Assembly (NCBI GenBank): GCA_021613535.1
Contig: CP075492.1
Coordinates: 11,284,001 to 11,348,000, forward strand
Origin: Adineta vaga
Taxonomy: Eukaryota; Animalia; Rotifera
Direction: 5' to 3'
DNA length: 64,000 nucleotides
The translations under genes and the position numbers were made by a program. The number at the start of each line of letters is the position of its first letter. Within the stretch, counting starts at the first letter, position 1. This document shows, in pieces, positions 42,977 to 61,745 of this stretch. Below the pieces are notes generated by a model that did not search any database, had not been told where the DNA came from, and saw only the letters and a program-made list of their open reading frames with translations.

Positions 42977-44518
42977 TTACCAATCAATGTTCATCGTGTG
43001 TTTGCGATATACTCGAAGAACATATGCGTCTTGTGTAGAACTTCGACATGTTTGTAAACGACGAGGAGAATCTCTCTAAGATGAATAAAGAGATAAATAG
43101 AAAATGAATGATTTTGTTTCTGATAATATTGAACATACATGATTTTCTTCGATAGTATAAATTGGAGACGTTGGGGATGGTTTCGAATGATCAATTGTAC
43201 CATTATCTTTATTATTTTCTGTTTTTCGACGTTTCTTTCTCTACAGAACAAAAACTTATCCATAATTGACTTATTAAGAAGAAGAAAAAACAATAACGAA
43301 CTCTTGGACCATTTGTTTCCGTTTGTTTCGTTGCTGTTGATTCATTCAATTGAGTTTGATTGAGTTGGTTAAATTGAGATACGGTTTGATTCACTGTTTG
43401 TTTAATTCGACGTTGAACAACATAATCATACGTTGACAGATCATGATAACCTAGTTAGATAAGTTTTGTGACTTAGGAACAAAAAAAAACCCAAAGAGCT
43501 CAAGTCTTCTTGACTTACATAGATAGATATGAAATAAAAGTAGATATAAAGTTAAACCACATATAGCAATCGTAAGGAATGCAAGAATTGCTGTTATCAC
43601 TTGAAATGCAACCAATGACGATGGTATCATTAATATAGCATATCGATCTATACGAAAAAGATAATCAATTAATTTACAGTAGCAAGACAACTCTTGTTTA
43701 GTTGTGTCATTATAGTTTTCATTTGATACACTTTGAAAAGAGAGTGCATATGAACATCTCAATTAGAAAAGACACTGTCCTCCACTTGACAATTATTCCA
43801 TTGATGTTCGAACTTCAATTAAATTCAAGTACTCAGGAAGGAAATAATTGACTTATGCAATCTACGATGACTATTACCAATCGTTTTTTTACTATCATCC
43901 GATACTAATTGAACAAATCTTACCTAAATCATAGTACGGTTTTAATCGAAGTGATGATGATGAATCTTGAAATGATCCAATGAATTGAAGTAAACTATTG
44001 ATGAATATAATGAAAGTACCCAAAACAATCAAAGATAACATTAATAAAAAGAAACGATAGTTTTTTCCTCCAACACATGTATTCAACCATACACAATGAT
44101 GATCAAATGAATAAATACATTTATTGCATGACGAACAATGTTTTGCTCGTTCAGTAACATGTACAGCACATACATGGCAATAGAGTTGGGTGATGACATG
44201 TGAATGTTGATGACGATCAAAATCCGTTCTTGGCCCTTGACTTGTGCGAATAACTTCGTTATCAGCTGGATCGATATAAGATATAGTTATAAAAATAATC
44301 AAAAATGGAAGAATAACAAATGAAGACAGAACAATATTCAACCATTGCCATGGGTGAGCTCGAACGTTTACACATAATGTTAAATAATTCATTAAAACGA
44401 GAAATACTATAACTATTAAGGCAATAACTTGAACAAAATGAAGTGGAAAAGAAAATCCATTTCGACGACGTCGACCAATATTTGATGTATTTCTTGGATT
44501 TGAACTAATGATTGCCAT
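42977..44518 (-). CDS. DHHC palmitoyltransferase (ZDHHC1/11-like)
   Basis: [58 protein letters not shown]. Confidence 0.92.
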
Positions 44519-45158
44519 TTATTTAGAATAATAGCAACAATTTAATTGTAATCAAGGAAAAAACAATAAACGAAAAAGGTTTCTTTTGTATGTTTATTTA
44601 AAACAAATGATTGTATTTGAATGTAGATTTGATACCAATATGTACATGTTTTAATTTCATAGCAAATTATGCATCAGTTCCTCTTTCTCTTTTTCTATCG
44701 TTTCTAACGGGTCTTTTTAACACTTTTTTCTTTTTATTCTTCTCTCATGTTACCAGAGTTGTTGCAATAGTAACAGATGGAAATAACATCAGATGCCGCT
44801 CATATACAATAATTGTTGAATTGATTTCTTTCGAAATTATACATTATACGTAGTTAGTCTTTACATATTCAATTGCAGATGAAGACTTCTTAAATACAAA
44901 CTGTTTGTATATGAATAAGTCCCATTATTCAAAAGTTTCTCTATAGTTGCAATTGATGTCATCAGAACATCAAAACGAATTGACTGATCTTCGATTGAAA
45001 CTGAGAAGTATTTTTGATCATTCATATACAAAAAATCTAACTTTCTTGTCTCATTTAAACTTCATAACAAAAGGCAAAAACATATACTCATCGGATGAGT
45101 CATATGCATATGTATGTAAAATACTAGAAAAACACGACTAGAATGAGTTATTAATAAA

Positions 45159-46576
45159 TTAGATCTTGATACGTTCAGAATTTGTGTGTATAAAACCAAG
45201 ACGAAGATAAGTATCAATGCCAATACGCGATATTTGTCGAAGAGCTAAGGAACCATTGAAGAATTTTGCATAGAGACGGCAAACTGGAAGACCAAATCCA
45301 TAGCCATACATCTGTTTTGATCTAGAGAGAAAAAAACGATCTCATAATACAAAGATCAAGAATTCTGTAGTCTGAACATCTTCCTTTTCTATACTTTCCT
45401 ATTTTACTCTATTTAAGAGAAAACACTTACGATTGAGTCATACGTTCTTGAAAATCTGCTAAAATATCAATATGTTTATCTTCTTCTTTTTCGTTGACTA
45501 CATCACCTACAAAATGAAAACGAATAAACATCCACAATAAACATTTCTGTTCATCCTTTCTGACCACTAAACATATATGTAAACATTTGCTCATCACTAG
45601 CATCAATTCCACCACCTTGATCTTTCACTACAATTGTAAAATTTTCATCCACAGAATTCGACGCAATCACAACTTTACATAATGGTGTTTCACGATTTTC
45701 TTCAAAATATTGTTTTACATTTTGAACATTTCCCAATGAACTTTTCTTATGTTCAACTATTGCGCGCATAGAATTTTTCAATAATTCACGTAGAATATAT
45801 TCGACAATACTTGGAAAATAAGGTATCGGTTCTTGCATTGTATTTTCCACTTGAACATGTGGTACAACTGTATACGTTTCAAAACATAGTGAAGAAACAT
45901 CATCAATACATTGTTGAACAGCTTTCGCCGGTGAGAAATTCATACAAATGGCTCCACGCCAACCCGATCTAATTTGTTCTTGTTTTTCTTGTTGTTTATG
46001 CAATTCAATATAATGTTCAGCAAGTAAACGCATGGATAAACGGATATGAAGAACATTATCAAGAAAATCTTTCATTATTTTATAGGATTTAAAATGTTTT
46101 TGTGCTTCACTACAGCCTGTTGATAATAATCCAATGACATCATTATTTTGTACAACAAATCGATTGATTAATTCAAAGAATTTCTCTTCATCTTCAGATG
46201 TTCTAATTTCTGAAAATTGTGTAAAAGTTTCAAAATATTTCAAATAACGTTCATGTAAAGATAATAATGTTGGATTCGCACCGGGTAGAAATGGAATCGA
46301 TTGAAAATGAGATAAACAATGTGCAATACGAACTAATAATTGATCATGAAGTTCTCGTGCAGTTTGAACTAAATCAACTGGTGTTGAATGATGTAGTGAA
46401 CAAGCTTCAATCATACGATTCGGATAACAATATGCAATAGGTCGTTGAGAATATTCGATTAATTCATCATGAGATGAGAATTTTGCTAATTGTTTCACTA
46501 TACCGGAGAGTGCTGAAGTATGAGAAATTGAACTCGATCTTCGAACTGTTGTTGAGAGATAACGATAGATAGACAT
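45159..46576 (-). CDS. BCKDK: Branched-chain alpha-ketoacid dehydrogenase kinase-like (PDK/BCKDK family)
   Basis: LLVRIAH...PF..G.NPTLL, ELLKNSMRA, DQGGGI, MYGYGFGLP, GIDTYLRL; mitochondrial-type N-terminus. Confidence 0.8.
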
Positions 46577-47017
46577 GCTAAATGCATAAATGTGAAATCT
46601 ATTTGGATAAGGTAATTTTCATCTAGAACAAACATTTATTTATATTTTTGGCAAACAATTGATCGTTTTAGAATAATATGAATCAATCGATTTATTTATA
46701 ACGAAAATGCAACCATTACTATTTGCTATAGAAGAAAAATGATTCAGTGACAATCAATAAAAACAGAATATGTATGGAGAGACCGACCGAATCCTAAGGT
46801 TTTACAAGTAGATGTCACTCATGCATTGTCTATATCCATTCTTCAGTTATTCAAAATCAGATCATTTTTTATCTATAGAATTAAGAATATTTATTTATTC
46901 AATCTAATCGTAAGAGTATAACAAAAGACAAAGAAATATATATATATATATAGGTATATTGATATCGAAAGTAATTGTTATCCGTATGTAGAGAAGAAAA
47001 ATATATGATATTGATTT

Positions 47018-50410
<3,393 letters not shown>

Positions 50411-50481
50411 CTAGAAAAAAAAGTGAAATATTTGTTTTTGCAAATTCGTCTTAGTTATGAATAACAAAGAAATTATTTTAT

Positions 50482-51290
50482 TTAAATAATATTCGTTTCA
50501 AGTTTTCGTGTTATTGTAACAAGATGTTCATGCATAGAATTCGTTTGTTCATGAATAATATCAAGTTTTTCTTGTAAATTTATATTTGCATTTGCTAATG
50601 ATAAACGTGAGGAATCAATTAAATGTACAAGTTGTTTTAATATAGATATAAAATCTTCATGTAAACGATGATCTAAATAAATTGAATTATTCGAATTATT
50701 CTGATTCGATGGATTACTTAATGAACGTATTAACATATTTAATTTTAACATATCACTTGAAGAATCATTTAATGGTTTAATTATCTTTTGTTGAATAAAT
50801 ATAAAACGTTCAACAATAAATTGAATATTTTTCAACAAATTATTTATATTAAGCATACGTCGATCGGAACTTGTATCCATATGAATCAATAAACGAATAA
50901 TATCATCGAGATATTCATTAATTCGTTTACATAAATGCATAGTAGATTGAGAATTAGTATATGAACATGATTGTGTTAATGCACAAGGTATTAATGATGG
51001 AGTTGATTTACTTGTATCAGTTGTAAAAGGAATATTTAAGGATGTTGATGGACAATATGAAAGAAGAAGTTCACCATTCAGCATAGGATGATTCGTTTGA
51101 GATTCAAAACATGTGGTATTATTATTATTATTGTTCATATTATTTGTTGATAGATTCATTCCATGAATCATTGAAATATCTGGTACAATCGATGGATTAC
51201 AGGATGGAACAGATGGACCAGTTTTGGAATAGAGATCAAATGGACACATATCAAGAAAGAAATCCAAAGGAATTAAAGATGATTTCGACA
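50482..51290 (-). CDS. Hypothetical intronless protein with predicted helical C-terminal half
   Basis: About 270-codon ORF from ATG (MSKSSLIPL), long for this AT content; no family recognised. Confidence 0.6.
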
Positions 51291-51772
51291 TGACTGTTTG
51301 ACTGAATGAAGTGACGAGTAGGATAATACACAAGTCAAACTTGACTGACTGAAATGAAGAAGAGAGAATGAATAAGTCATGTTGAAAAAAGACCGCGAAA
51401 CAAAGGACATAGGCGAGATTCGTTCGTACAAGATTTGATGAGAGAAGTTCATGATTATATTCTCTACTAACTTTTATGTAGTTAAACTTTTAAATAATTT
51501 CATGAATGTGTGAAAATAATAAGAAAGAGGTCGCACTACTACTCGCTTATCCATTATGTGATTTCATTATCCGCACCAACAACACCATTCGAAGGAGTAA
51601 AACATTTAGAGTTCATTTAGAAAATAGATTTATCACTATTCGTCTTTTCCATATTTATTATGTTTAATAAAATGTTCATAATCAAAATCTCTTACGAATA
51701 AAAAAAACTAACTAAAGACACCCATACATCTTTACATCTTATATGAATGACAAAGAAAATAAAAACAGAAGT

Positions 51773-53685
51773 TTATTTCTTATTGCCAACTTCTTTCAAA
51801 TCAGCAATCATCGCTTCAGACAATTTGAACTTTTGCACTTTCCCCGTTGGTGTCATTATGAACTTATCAACAAAACGAATGTGCTTCGGAATCTTAAAGA
51901 ATGCTAATTTATCCATCAAAAATTTTGTGATATCTTCTACTTGACATTGTACTGCATCTGGTTTCAATTTGATCCATGCACACACCTCTTCACCATATCG
52001 TTCATCTGGAATAGAAAACACTTGTGCTTCAGCAACACTTGGATGTTCGATTATGGTATTTTCGATTTCAATTGGATAGATATTTACACCACCACGAATG
52101 ATCATTTCCTTACGTCGTGTAATATAATAAAGATAACCATCTTCGTCCATTTTAGCTTCGTCACCAGTTCGAAGCCAGCCTGAAGGTGTGAGTGCTTCCT
52201 TTGTTTTTTCTGGATCGTTATAGTATCCAGTCATGATAGGATAACCTCTTGCCCAAATTTCACCTTGCTGACCGATTGGCACAGCATTACCGTCTTCGTC
52301 AGCAACTTTGACTTCTAAACGTTGCATACAACGTCCCAATGATCCATGACGTCGTTTTGGATCGGCATCACCTGCCCACATGCCACTAGTAAGTAGAGCT
52401 GCATTTTCTGTCATTCCATATCCTTGAACAACACGTTCAATTGGAATTTCTTTTTCTAATTGTTGTAGGAAACTAGGATGCATTGGACTGGCACCAATGG
52501 CGGAAAATATTAATGAACTTAGATCGTATTTCTTTCGATCTGGATGTGTCAGCATATCACGAAAGATAATAGGTGCACCAATCAATGCAGTACATTTTTC
52601 TTCATGAATAGCCTGCATCGTCGAGGGTGTATCAGGTAGAATTGCTGGAAAAATAACTTTAGCTTTGGCAACAGCAACATTCAATACCCCAACTACTTCT
52701 GCGAAAATATGAAACATTGGAATAGGTACACATAGACGAGTGAAATATTGTCCAAGATGTTCCCATTGAGCATGAACCAAATTGAGCATACCAAAACTCG
52801 TCAATGTTGCCGCTTTTGGTTGACCCGTTGTCCCCGATGTGTAAAATATTGTTGCTGGTGAGTCAGGATTCACTGATGCTTGTCGTTCATTTAGTTTATC
52901 ATGTGATAGTTTTGCACCTCGTTCAACCAAATCCTGATATGAATGCGTGCCTGTATTCGATGATCTTTCACCAGTCAGTATCACATGCTTCAAGGTTGGT
53001 AATGCTTTTGATGATAGTTCACGAGTGGTCGAATGTTCATTCAGTTCGGGTACCAGTTTTTGAAACATCTGTAACGATGGAATGATCTTTAGCGATGGTG
53101 GTAAAATCAAACCTTTGCATCCCACTTTGTTGATACAATATTCTAGTTCACGACCAACATAAGCAGGATTGATATTGACCTATAATAATTAGAGTGAAGT
53201 AACTTATGACAAGAATACATGGATAACTTACTTTTATGAGACCTAATTTGGATGTTACATATGTCATTGCGACGTTCTCAGACGTGTTAGGTAACCACAC
53301 AGCGAAACGATCATTCTTTTGGAATCCAAGTTCTAGAAGTGATGCAGCGAGACTGTCGACTTCATGTTTGAATGACTTGAATGTATATCGTTTTTGTTCA
53401 CCTAGAATATCAAATGAAAAAGTAGAAGTATAGAATCATGCTGTGTTGTTGATAGGCGTTACTTTTGAAAACATAACATTCATGATCGGGATATTTTTGA
53501 GCTGTTTCATCGAAGCTCTGACTAATGGTTTTGTAGACGAATGGAAGTGATGAAGTGTGATGAAAATAACTAGAGGTTAATTTTGTTGATGGGTTTGATG
53601 ATGAAGAGTGTCGTATTTTAAATTGTAGAACAATCCATGATGGCTGCGGTTGAGTTAGAAAACGTTTTGTGTTACTGATAAACAT
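51773..53685 (-). CDS. ACSF2: Mitochondrial medium-chain acyl-CoA ligase, intact copy
   Basis: LTSSYFH, YTSGTTGQPK, GYGMTE, GWLRTGD, MIIRGGVNIYP.EIE, TPTGKVQKF; two introns. Confidence 0.9.
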
Positions 53686-54727
53686 ATTTATACCAAATGA
53701 GTATATGATTTGTAGAAGGTACGTGTTTTATAGATTCATTGCAAGACGAAAGCAAGAGTGACAAACCTTTTTTTCCGTTCTTTTTTATATCTATAATAGT
53801 TATGTGAAGTAATTTGTATATAGAAGAAAAAGAGAACGTTAGAAAAATATGGTAAATTATGGAATATTTGGAGAAAACAATTTTACCGAGACTGTATCGA
53901 ATTGGATACTTTCTATACGCTTTGGTGGTGGAAGTGACCGTCTTTATAATAAGTTTACAACTGTTATAGCTTATATCTTCTTAATAAAGGTAGAACTGAG
54001 TAGTAGAATTTTACTAGTTTGTAATATTTTTTGTGAGGTAAACGTGTGAACAAACATTGTGTGAAAATATTTGTTCTACATCGATAAGGATTGTGTCTGT
54101 ATACAAGAAAAATTGTTATTTTTTTATTATTCTTATTCAGAGTGCAAGTATTACCATGAAGACATCAAATTTCCTTCAGCTAGTTCAGCACTGAGCCATA
54201 TCACATATATAAAATTCAGACGATCGATATTGATTAAAACATGCGAAAAGTTATATGACGACAAAGTTTTGATATTATTGTCTCTTAGATTTGTTTATTA
54301 CCATGTGTAACAATGAGCCGCAATTATAGTCTTTTAAATAGTTATTCGTTGATTCTTCATATAACTCATCATGTTCCAGCGTACACACATATGCAACCTC
54401 CGTACCTTAAGAATGTCAACTACTGAATACAAGAAGAAGATAATTTAGTTTCCTCGAGGAAAATCATTATTATGATTAATTGAACATCTCAGTCACGTAT
54501 GTATTCAAAATACATACCGATCATATTGATCAAATAGAGTTAAAATAATTGAGCTATATGACTATCATTTGCCAAGCATTTATTCTAAACACTCCAATAA
54601 ATGTCAGATAATTGTCAAAAATTCTCTACGATTCCTACTAAAAGTTACATATTTATTTTGATTTTCAAACTTTTCGACAATTATTTTCTTCATGAAACCA
54701 TTACTACTTTAAATCGCTAAAATCAAA

Positions 54728-54747
54728 TATATATATATATATATATA
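54728..54747. repeat. (AT)n microsatellite
   Basis: About 10 AT units just downstream of the second ACSF2 copy. Confidence 0.8.
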
Positions 54748-54770
54748 GAAGAATAAAATTAACGCGAAGT

Positions 54771-56681
54771 TTAATTCTTATTGCCAACTTCTTTCAAATC
54801 AGCAATCATCGCTTCAGACAATTTGAACTTTTGCACTTTCCCCGTTGGTGTCATTATGAACTTATCAACAAAACGAATATGCTTCGGAATTTTGAAGAAT
54901 GCTAATTTATCCACCAAAAATTTTGTGATATCTTCTACTTGACATTGTGCTGCATCTGGTTTCAGTTTGATCCATGCACATACTTCTTCACCATATCGTT
55001 CATCTGGAATAGAAAAGACTTGTGCTTCAGCAACACTTGGATGCTCGATTATGGTATTTTCGATTTCAATTGGATAGATATTTACACCACCACGAATGAT
55101 CATTTCTTTTCGACGACCCACGTAATAGAGATAGCCATCTTCGTCCATTTTAGCTTCATCACCGGTTCGAAGCCACCCTGAAGGTGTCAGTGCTTCTTTT
55201 GTTTTCTCTGGATCGTTATAGTATCCAGTCATGATAGGATAACCTTTTGCCCAAATTTCACCTTGCTGACCGATTGGCACAGCATTACCGTCTTCGTCAG
55301 CAACTTTGACTTCTAAACGTTGCATACAACGTCCCAATGATCCATGACGTCGTTTTGGATCGGCATCACCTGCCCACATGCCACTAGTAAGAAGAGCTGC
55401 ATTTTCTGTCATTCCGTATCCTTGAGCAACACGTTCAATTGGAATTTCTTTTTCTAATTGACGCAAGAAATCTGTATGCATTGGACTTGCTCCTAAGGTA
55501 CCAAGAGTTAATGAACTTAGATCGTATTTCTTTCGATCTGGATGTGTCAGCATATCACGAAAGATAATAGGTGCACCAATCAATGCAGTGCATTTTTCTT
55601 CGTGGATTGCCCGCATCGTGGAGGGTGTGTAGGTAAAATTGCTGGAAAAATAACTTTAGCTTTGGCAACAGCAACATTCAATACCCCAACTACTTCTGCG
55701 AAAATATGAAACATTGGAATAGGTACACATAGACGAGTAAAGTATTGGCCTAAAAGTTCCCATTGAGCATGAACCAAATTGAGCATACCGTAGTTCGTCA
55801 ATGTTGCCGCTTTTGGTTGACCCGTTGTTCCTGATGTGTAAAATATTGCTAGCGGTGAGTCTGGATTCACTGATGCTTGTCGTTCATTTAGTTTATCATG
55901 CGATAGTTTTGCACCTCGTTCAACCAAATCCTGATATGAATGCGTGCCTGTATTCGATGATCTTTCACCAGTCAGTATCACATGCTTCAAGGTTGGTAAT
56001 CTTTTGATGAGAGTTCACGAGTTGTCGAATGTTCATTCAGTTCTGGTACCAGCTTTTGAAACATTTGTAACGATGGAATGATCTTTACGGATGGTGGTAA
56101 AATCAAACCTTTGCATCCCACTTTGTTGATACAATATTCTAGTTCACGACCAACATAAGCAGGATTGATATTAACCTATAATAATTAGAGTGAAGTAACT
56201 TATGACAAGAATACATGGATAACTTACTTTTATGAGACCTAGTTTTGATGTTGCATATGTCATTGCGATGTTCTCAGACGTGTTAGGTAACCACACAGCA
56301 AAACGATCGTTCTTCTGAAATCCAAGTTCTAGAAGTGATGCAGCGAGACTGTCGACTTCATGTTTGAATGACTTGAATGTGTATCGTTTTTGTTCACCTA
56401 GAATATCAAATGAAAAATTAGAAGCATTTAGTCCTGATATATTTTGGGGATGAATTACCTTTGAAAACATAACATTCATGATCGGGATATTTTTGAGCTG
56501 TTTCATCGAAGCTCTGACTAATGGTTTTGTAGACGAATGGAAGTGATGAAGTATGATGAAAATAACTAGAGGTTAATTTGGTTGATGGATTTGATGATGA
56601 AGAGTGTCGTATTTTAAATTGTAGAACAATCCATAATGGTTTTGGTTGAGTTAGAACGCGTTTTGTATTACAGATAAGCAT
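54771..56681 (-). pseudogene. ACSF2: Tandem ACSF2 duplicate carrying two 1-bp deletions (pseudogene or sequence error)
   Basis: Highly similar to 51773-53685. Single-base deletions relative to that copy at ~56000 (GGTAAT-CTTTTG vs GGTAATGCTTTTG) and ~55630 split the ORF. Confidence 0.75.
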
Positions 56682-57302
56682 TTTCGAAATGAATGAAGAT
56701 AAAATATTGACATAAGCATATAAAAACACGTTTTGAAATGAAGCACACTTTTCTTTTTCTCTTTTTGCTTTTGATATTTACTTAGACTATATGGGAGAGA
56801 ATGCAGAAAGAGAACAATTAACTCATGATAGATTTCAGACCTACGAAATATCATGTTCTCGACCGATAACATATCTATTCGATTTTGCTAGAAAGGTTTC
56901 CATCGTTATTTTTATAAGAAATGTGTTTTTGAAAATATAGTGTTCAGTAGATATGTATATATTATTCGGTATAAAAAGAGAATAGAAACCGATAGTTGAT
57001 ACATAATCAGAAGATAATTTATATCGGACTTTAGTGACATGCACGTGTTGAAGAAAAGGATGTACTTCTGGAAAAGTTTATTCAATTAAAATATGAAACT
57101 TATCAGTACAATGAACGATTTCAAAAATTAAAAGAAAATAGATTGAAAATAATAAACATTATTTATTGATTTTATCAAGAAGATGGAAGTTTTTTTTATC
57201 TCGAATGATCATTGTTTGCTGTTATCTACAAGTCGAAAATGATAAATTAAAGTGGTAATGTAATCTGTACATTTTACGTGGATGTTCTTGTACTATTCAC
57301 GA

Positions 57303-60300
57303 TCATGATGGTGGCCATTTGAATGAAGACTGATTTACTTTTTGACTCTGCTCTCTTCTCTAAAAACAATTACATATATCATTCTGCTCATTCACATATT
57401 GCTAATAAAATACCTCTTGTCGACTTTTATATGCTAAAGCAATTAACCGAAGTTCTTCTCGAAGTGCTTCATAACGATATGCAATTCGAATAAATGGTAC
57501 ATTTGTACGACAAATATCGTTTCCAGCTATTCCTTGTTCTTGATATTCTGGACCAAGCCAATACATTTTCACCTATATTCAATTACGGATACATTCAACA
57601 GAATAAAGATTTCGTTACTTACTTCATGAGAGAATCCACTCATTAAAACAGAATTTCGTGCTAACTCACACATATCAACAGATGATAATTTCCATACTTG
57701 AGCAGCAATAGAATATTCTTCCATTAAAGGTTCCTAAAAATCTTTTCTAGTTTTATATTTATTCCTTTTACTGATGGAAACAACGTTTTTCCTTCGAAAT
57801 AATATTTAACAAACCTTAGTGAAATGAAATTGCATTGGATCATCGGTTGATATTGATACACAAAGTCCTCGTTCAAAATATTCCAACATTGGATTACGAT
57901 TGTAATTGATAAACAATGAATTATTACTTAACGGTGACATAGCAATACCAATTTGACATAAATAGAACAAATACTGTAGAACAGGTGACTAAAAAAATGA
58001 ACACCATTGATTTCCTAACAATCATGATCACTATACAGACTTTTCGTAAGAGTAAACCGTGAGAAATGTTTTCTGCAACCATATATGATGTGACAAGATG
58101 TGTAACAGCACCTGCTTCACCGCAATGTGGTCGAAATTGATATGTATTTAAACCACGTGCTCTACAAAATAAACTGGCAAATGAAAAAAATAATTAAATC
58201 ATTTGAAAAAAGGGAAACCTTCGTAGGTGATTCAATGTAAGAATGTTTGCATACATATAGAACTAAAATATATGAATTATGTACAAAATAATCATGTGTT
58301 TTCGTTTTTCCTCTTACCAAATAATAAACATAAGGTGGATTATCTTTTAAATTCCACTCTTCTGGATATGGCATCTCTGCAGTAAGAATTGGTCGTTCAG
58401 GTTTTGTTTCATCATCAACGGAATCAAAGCCAGTTAAATGATGCATAAAACAAAATAATTCTGGATGTGATTGAGGATCAATTGTAGCATCGAATAATGG
58501 TTGAAATAAATTGGTGAGAAATTCTTGGAAGTTTTTTATTATACCATTTGCATGATAAACATCACTAAAGAACCAAATACATATATTTATTTTCGATATC
58601 AAAGAAAGAACATACTAAAGACGAGGAATTTGAACCATCCAACTGATATTCGCCGAATACATTGTATTTTTAACAGCCCATTTTGCTAGTTTATCCCATT
58701 CATCAATACTTTTGCCATAGATCGATAATCGAGGTTCTGCATGTTGATATTTACTATCTTCTAAATCCCAAATAACTTCCTAAGTAAAACAATATATGAT
58801 GTGATTCTTTTGTTTGATTTTCAAAAGAAATCTTACTTTTAATAAATCAGCAAAGAATACACCTTCAATATAATTATCTGTTTTAAGAAATATTTCTCTA
58901 AAAAACAAATAAATTGAAAAATACTCCAAACACAATTGTAAATTTTACCGTAGAGTACTTTGACCAAGAGGATTATATTTTGCATTAAAACGATCAAAAC
59001 GTTGAAATGTATTTCGATCCTAAAATAAGTATTCAATTTTGATTTCAACAAGATAACATCTATAAATCTTCTTACTGCATGTACACCAAGCATATCTACA
59101 CTTAAATCATATGCTGTAATATGTAATTCATCAAAAACTTCTTTCAATGTCATAATTCGTCCATCTTTTGTTTTATAAACATTCATATCACCTGATGTTT
59201 TCATTTTCTTCTTCATAAAACGTAATAAATGTTTTTGATTCATTGATGAAGCAGCATGAACATGTGTATCAACTTTTCGTACATTATAAAAATCTCGATG
59301 AGGTGTCGTCTTAATTGCTGCCCATTCTTTTACTTCATTAAGTAGACAATGTAATTCATATTTCGATTTCAAATATTGTAAACGACGATAACAAAACGAT
59401 TTCAATGGACCATCTGTAATCATAGCTGATAGAAGTGTATAATCATCAATAAATTGATCACGATCAATTGTTGGAGAATCAGTTGATATCCATTCTTTGT
59501 CGTCATTTAATATATACGTAGACGGTATACCTTTTTCGACTTTCACACGCATATTGACTGCTGGAAGTAATGGAAGATGGAAAGCATCTTCACGTTTTAT
59601 AACTGGTGGATGAAATGGATGAGGTTCTTCTACTAAATGAAGAGATAAAATACGTATATAATTATATAAATGTATGAGTAGAATAAATTAGTGACATATT
59701 CGATTGATGTGAACATTCATATACAAGAAGAAAACATATTAAATACCAGGATGGTCTTCGTTAGTTTTATCACACGTTATTTGTTGTGATATTGCATGTG
59801 GTGTTGCAGATGTATTAAGCTTTTGAGGTGGTTTATGATCACTATGAGAAGCAGAATGGCTTCTTAGCAAAAATTCTAAATAAAAAGAAGGTATCACTGC
59901 ACACGCACGCACGCACAAACAAATAAGTTAAAAGAATAAGTAGGTAAGAAGCAAGAATTGAAAACAAAACACCAAGCAAATATAAAGCATTAATACAAAC
60001 CAATATTTGGATGTATAATAGCACATGAAGGACGACGTGATTGCTCTTCATGTTCTAAGGTTTTTGTTAGAAACTGAGCAACTGTTGTTGGAAAGGATTG
60101 TAAACTGAAGAACATGTATCTTGAAGAAGAAAAATCATAAACAAAGAAATTCGATAAAGGTTCGTAAATTCATACTTTTCTCGAATAACTAATGCGCGAA
60201 GTAATGGACTAACAGATTCATCTAAATCTTCAATATGAGACATTTCATGAAAATCTCCGGAGATTTTAATTCGTTGAAATGTTTGAGCTAGACCTGTTCT

Positions 60301-60953
60301 TTCAGAACATATTCCACTTGATAGAAATGATTTTTGTTGATTATATTCCTGTGATTGATTTTGGACATGGTCTCGGTCGGGACTAATTATAGCTTCAAAT
60401 AAACTTCCTGAATCTGTTGGTAATCCATGGTTATATTCTTGATCAGTATGATCATCTTTCGATGCTCTATGAATAGAAATGAAAACAATTCTCAAATAGA
60501 TGAAATGAGTTCTAAAAACCGATTCTGAACAGCACGTTGAATTTCATCTTGTAATGAACTTGCTATTTCCAATGGCATGTCTGCTTCAAATGTTTCCAAT
60601 GACGATTCATCAGAAAAACGTAGATGACGACGTTTTTTAAGTTCATCAGAAACTTCATTTAACGATGGAATTATTTCCGGATGAAGAACAAATTTTGGAT
60701 AGACAGGTGTTTTGTTCACTAAAGTAATATATATATATATACATATTATCACAAGTAAAACGATATTTAATGTACTCATGACGAATCGTTTATCTAATAA
60801 TTGTTGTGTTGGATCACTAGCAGTAGAAAGTTGAGTTTGTAGAACATTTCGTGCATCAACAGTTGTCTGTCGATTCCATTGTTCATTGGATACAGGAGCT
60901 GGTCCTTGACCAGCAGTAATTTCTTCATTCGCATCATTCGAACTAGTACTCAT
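57303..60953 (-). CDS. AMPD: AMP deaminase (AMPD2-like), multi-exon
   Basis: [53 protein letters not shown]. Confidence 0.96.
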
Positions 60954-61745
60954 GTTTTTTGTAAAATTAATCAATCGTATGTCACTTGACTTCTGTAATA
61001 TGAAAAATAGAACGCGTTATAAAACTACATACAAAATATATCCAAGGACAAGTTGAGTAGGATGAATACGTAAAAGGAAAGAGAAAAAAAAATAACGCTA
61101 AGCTAAGAATAACAAAAGAAACTATATATATATATGAGTATGAAACCATACTTTAATACAAATGTTTTTATCTTATATACTAGCGAAAGGAATCTAAACT
61201 ATAAAATAAAAATAAAACATACACATAGAATTGGCTTGTTCTTATTTCTTTGAATCGGTACCGTTTCTCTTTTTCTTTCGTATAGTTTAAATGTAAACGG
61301 TGTAAAAGTGTGAGGTATGAGTCACAAAGACTTTTTTCTTGCTTACTTTCTTCCGACCGGCAATTGTTGCAATCAATTTCTGACGGAATAAATATATGCG
61401 AACATTAGTTAGACAAAAAATGCTTGTTTCAATTAAAAATATGTTTGTTGTTTATTTGCATCGTACAAGTTCATTCAGACAAAAAAAAGAATACCATTAT
61501 ATGAGAGAAAAAAAACCATCTATACGATCCTATTGTTCAAAAAGAAGAAATAAAAAATAGAAGTGTTTCTTCATGAAAGAAAAATAGGAGAAATAAAAAA
61601 CATGAAATCTAAACGACCTCTACTGACATTTACATGAATATTGATCATTTCTTTCTCATTCTGAACAACCCTGTTAAATAAGATGAAAACTGAAAGGAAA
61701 AAAATTGAGGAGAAAATTTGAAAAGTTCATAATCATTCTTCAGTA

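Noticed and set aside
53700-54770. Spacer between the ACSF2 copies as a possible inserted element
   Set aside because: Only short ORFs and an AT microsatellite; no inverted or direct terminal repeats seen.
59842-60051. Hydrophobic 69-aa ORF and (GCAC)n tract inside AMPD
   Set aside because: Mostly intronic read-through of T-rich sequence; no evidence for a separate product.
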